IMG/VR virus record: IMGVR_UViG_3300025924_000001
Span: 1-64,000 of that record
Length of the DNA: 64,000 nt
Origin: a virus
Lineage: Duplodnaviria; Caudoviricetes
Reading direction: 5' to 3' (one strand)
Shown here: positions 63,698 to 64,000 of the stretch, one piece after another
Layout of the letters: each line of letters opens with the position of its first letter
Numbering within the stretch: position 1 is the first letter of the stretch
Made by a program: the position numbers and the translations under genes
The notes under the pieces: model-generated
What the model saw: only the letters and a program-made list of their open reading frames with translations
What the model was told of the DNA's origin: nothing
Database searches by the model: none

Positions 63698-64000
63698 GAT
63701 GCGATCCCTACGTTGACGTCGTCGATGGTGGGCGGCGGAAGCCCCACGCTGCCGTCACGCCAGGCGAGAACCCAGCCCTGGATGACCGGCGAGTAGTCCA
63801 TGCGCGCGACCGGGCGGCGGTCGTCGCCGTCGCGGCAACCCGGGTTGACGCACCGGACCTCACCGCGGCTGGACCAGAAGCGCAGGGTGAGCTGGCCGCA
63901 GTAGGGGCACCGTGCCTCCGCCTGGCCGACGTTTCGGGGAAGCCGTTGAGGCAGGTCCCGCTCGCCGAGGACGATGAGGGAGCGCGCGCACCAGCCGCCC
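63694..64000 (-). CDS. Zn-finger protein, partial (start outside window)
   Basis: manual translation ...ARCPYCGQLTLRFW...VRCVNPGC...; GTGA coupled to the HTH gene. Confidence 0.6.
   Translation of the reverse strand, partial: GGWCARSLIVLGERDLPQRLPRNVGQAEARCPYCGQLTLRFWSSRGEVRCVNPGCRDGDDRRPVARMDYSPVIQGWVLAWRDGSVGLPPPTIDDVNVGIAS

Overview
The window is part of a high-GC (~70% by eye) tailed-phage genome, most likely an actinobacterial siphovirus. Both ends cut through genes, and no integrase, primase, tRNA or CRISPR array is visible. Layout: (1) 1-7.1 kb, minus strand: small, translationally coupled, often Cys/His-rich early genes, plus a HAD-family protein, an HNH endonuclease and a RecD/Dda-like helicase. 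(2) 7.2-25.2 kb, plus strand: replication and recombination genes (PolA, RuvC-like resolvase, SNF2 helicase, PD-(D/E)xK exonuclease, AAA ATPase, DUF669 SSB). These are flanked by what looks like a DNA cytosine-hypermodification pathway: a dNMP kinase fused to a UDG-like domain, a thymidylate-synthase homologue with the dCMP-specifying Asp, dCMP deaminase, a T4 beta-glucosyltransferase-like enzyme, a dCTPase/dUTPase, a divergent C5-cytosine methyltransferase with Lys in place of the motif X Asn, and an FkbM methyltransferase. DUF932, DUF6011 and an ADP-ribosyltransferase follow. (3) 25.3-63.2 kb, minus strand, the late region: a stand-alone secreted LysM-Rpf gene, terminase, a portal protein carrying HiPIP-like, NUDIX and ParB-like C-terminal domains, a multidomain prohead protease, the capsid, three paralogous decoration-like genes, a 7-enzyme glycan cassette (4 glycosyltransferases, epimerase, 2 methyltransferases), a protamine-like Arg/His-rich protein, tail genes with a -1 frameshift, and a lysis cassette containing a papain-like peptidase. 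A conserved TTTACA-N17/18-TAnnnT promoter recurs at least 8 times, followed by GGAAC-repeat leaders. All functional calls come from motif recognition by eye; no database searches were run.
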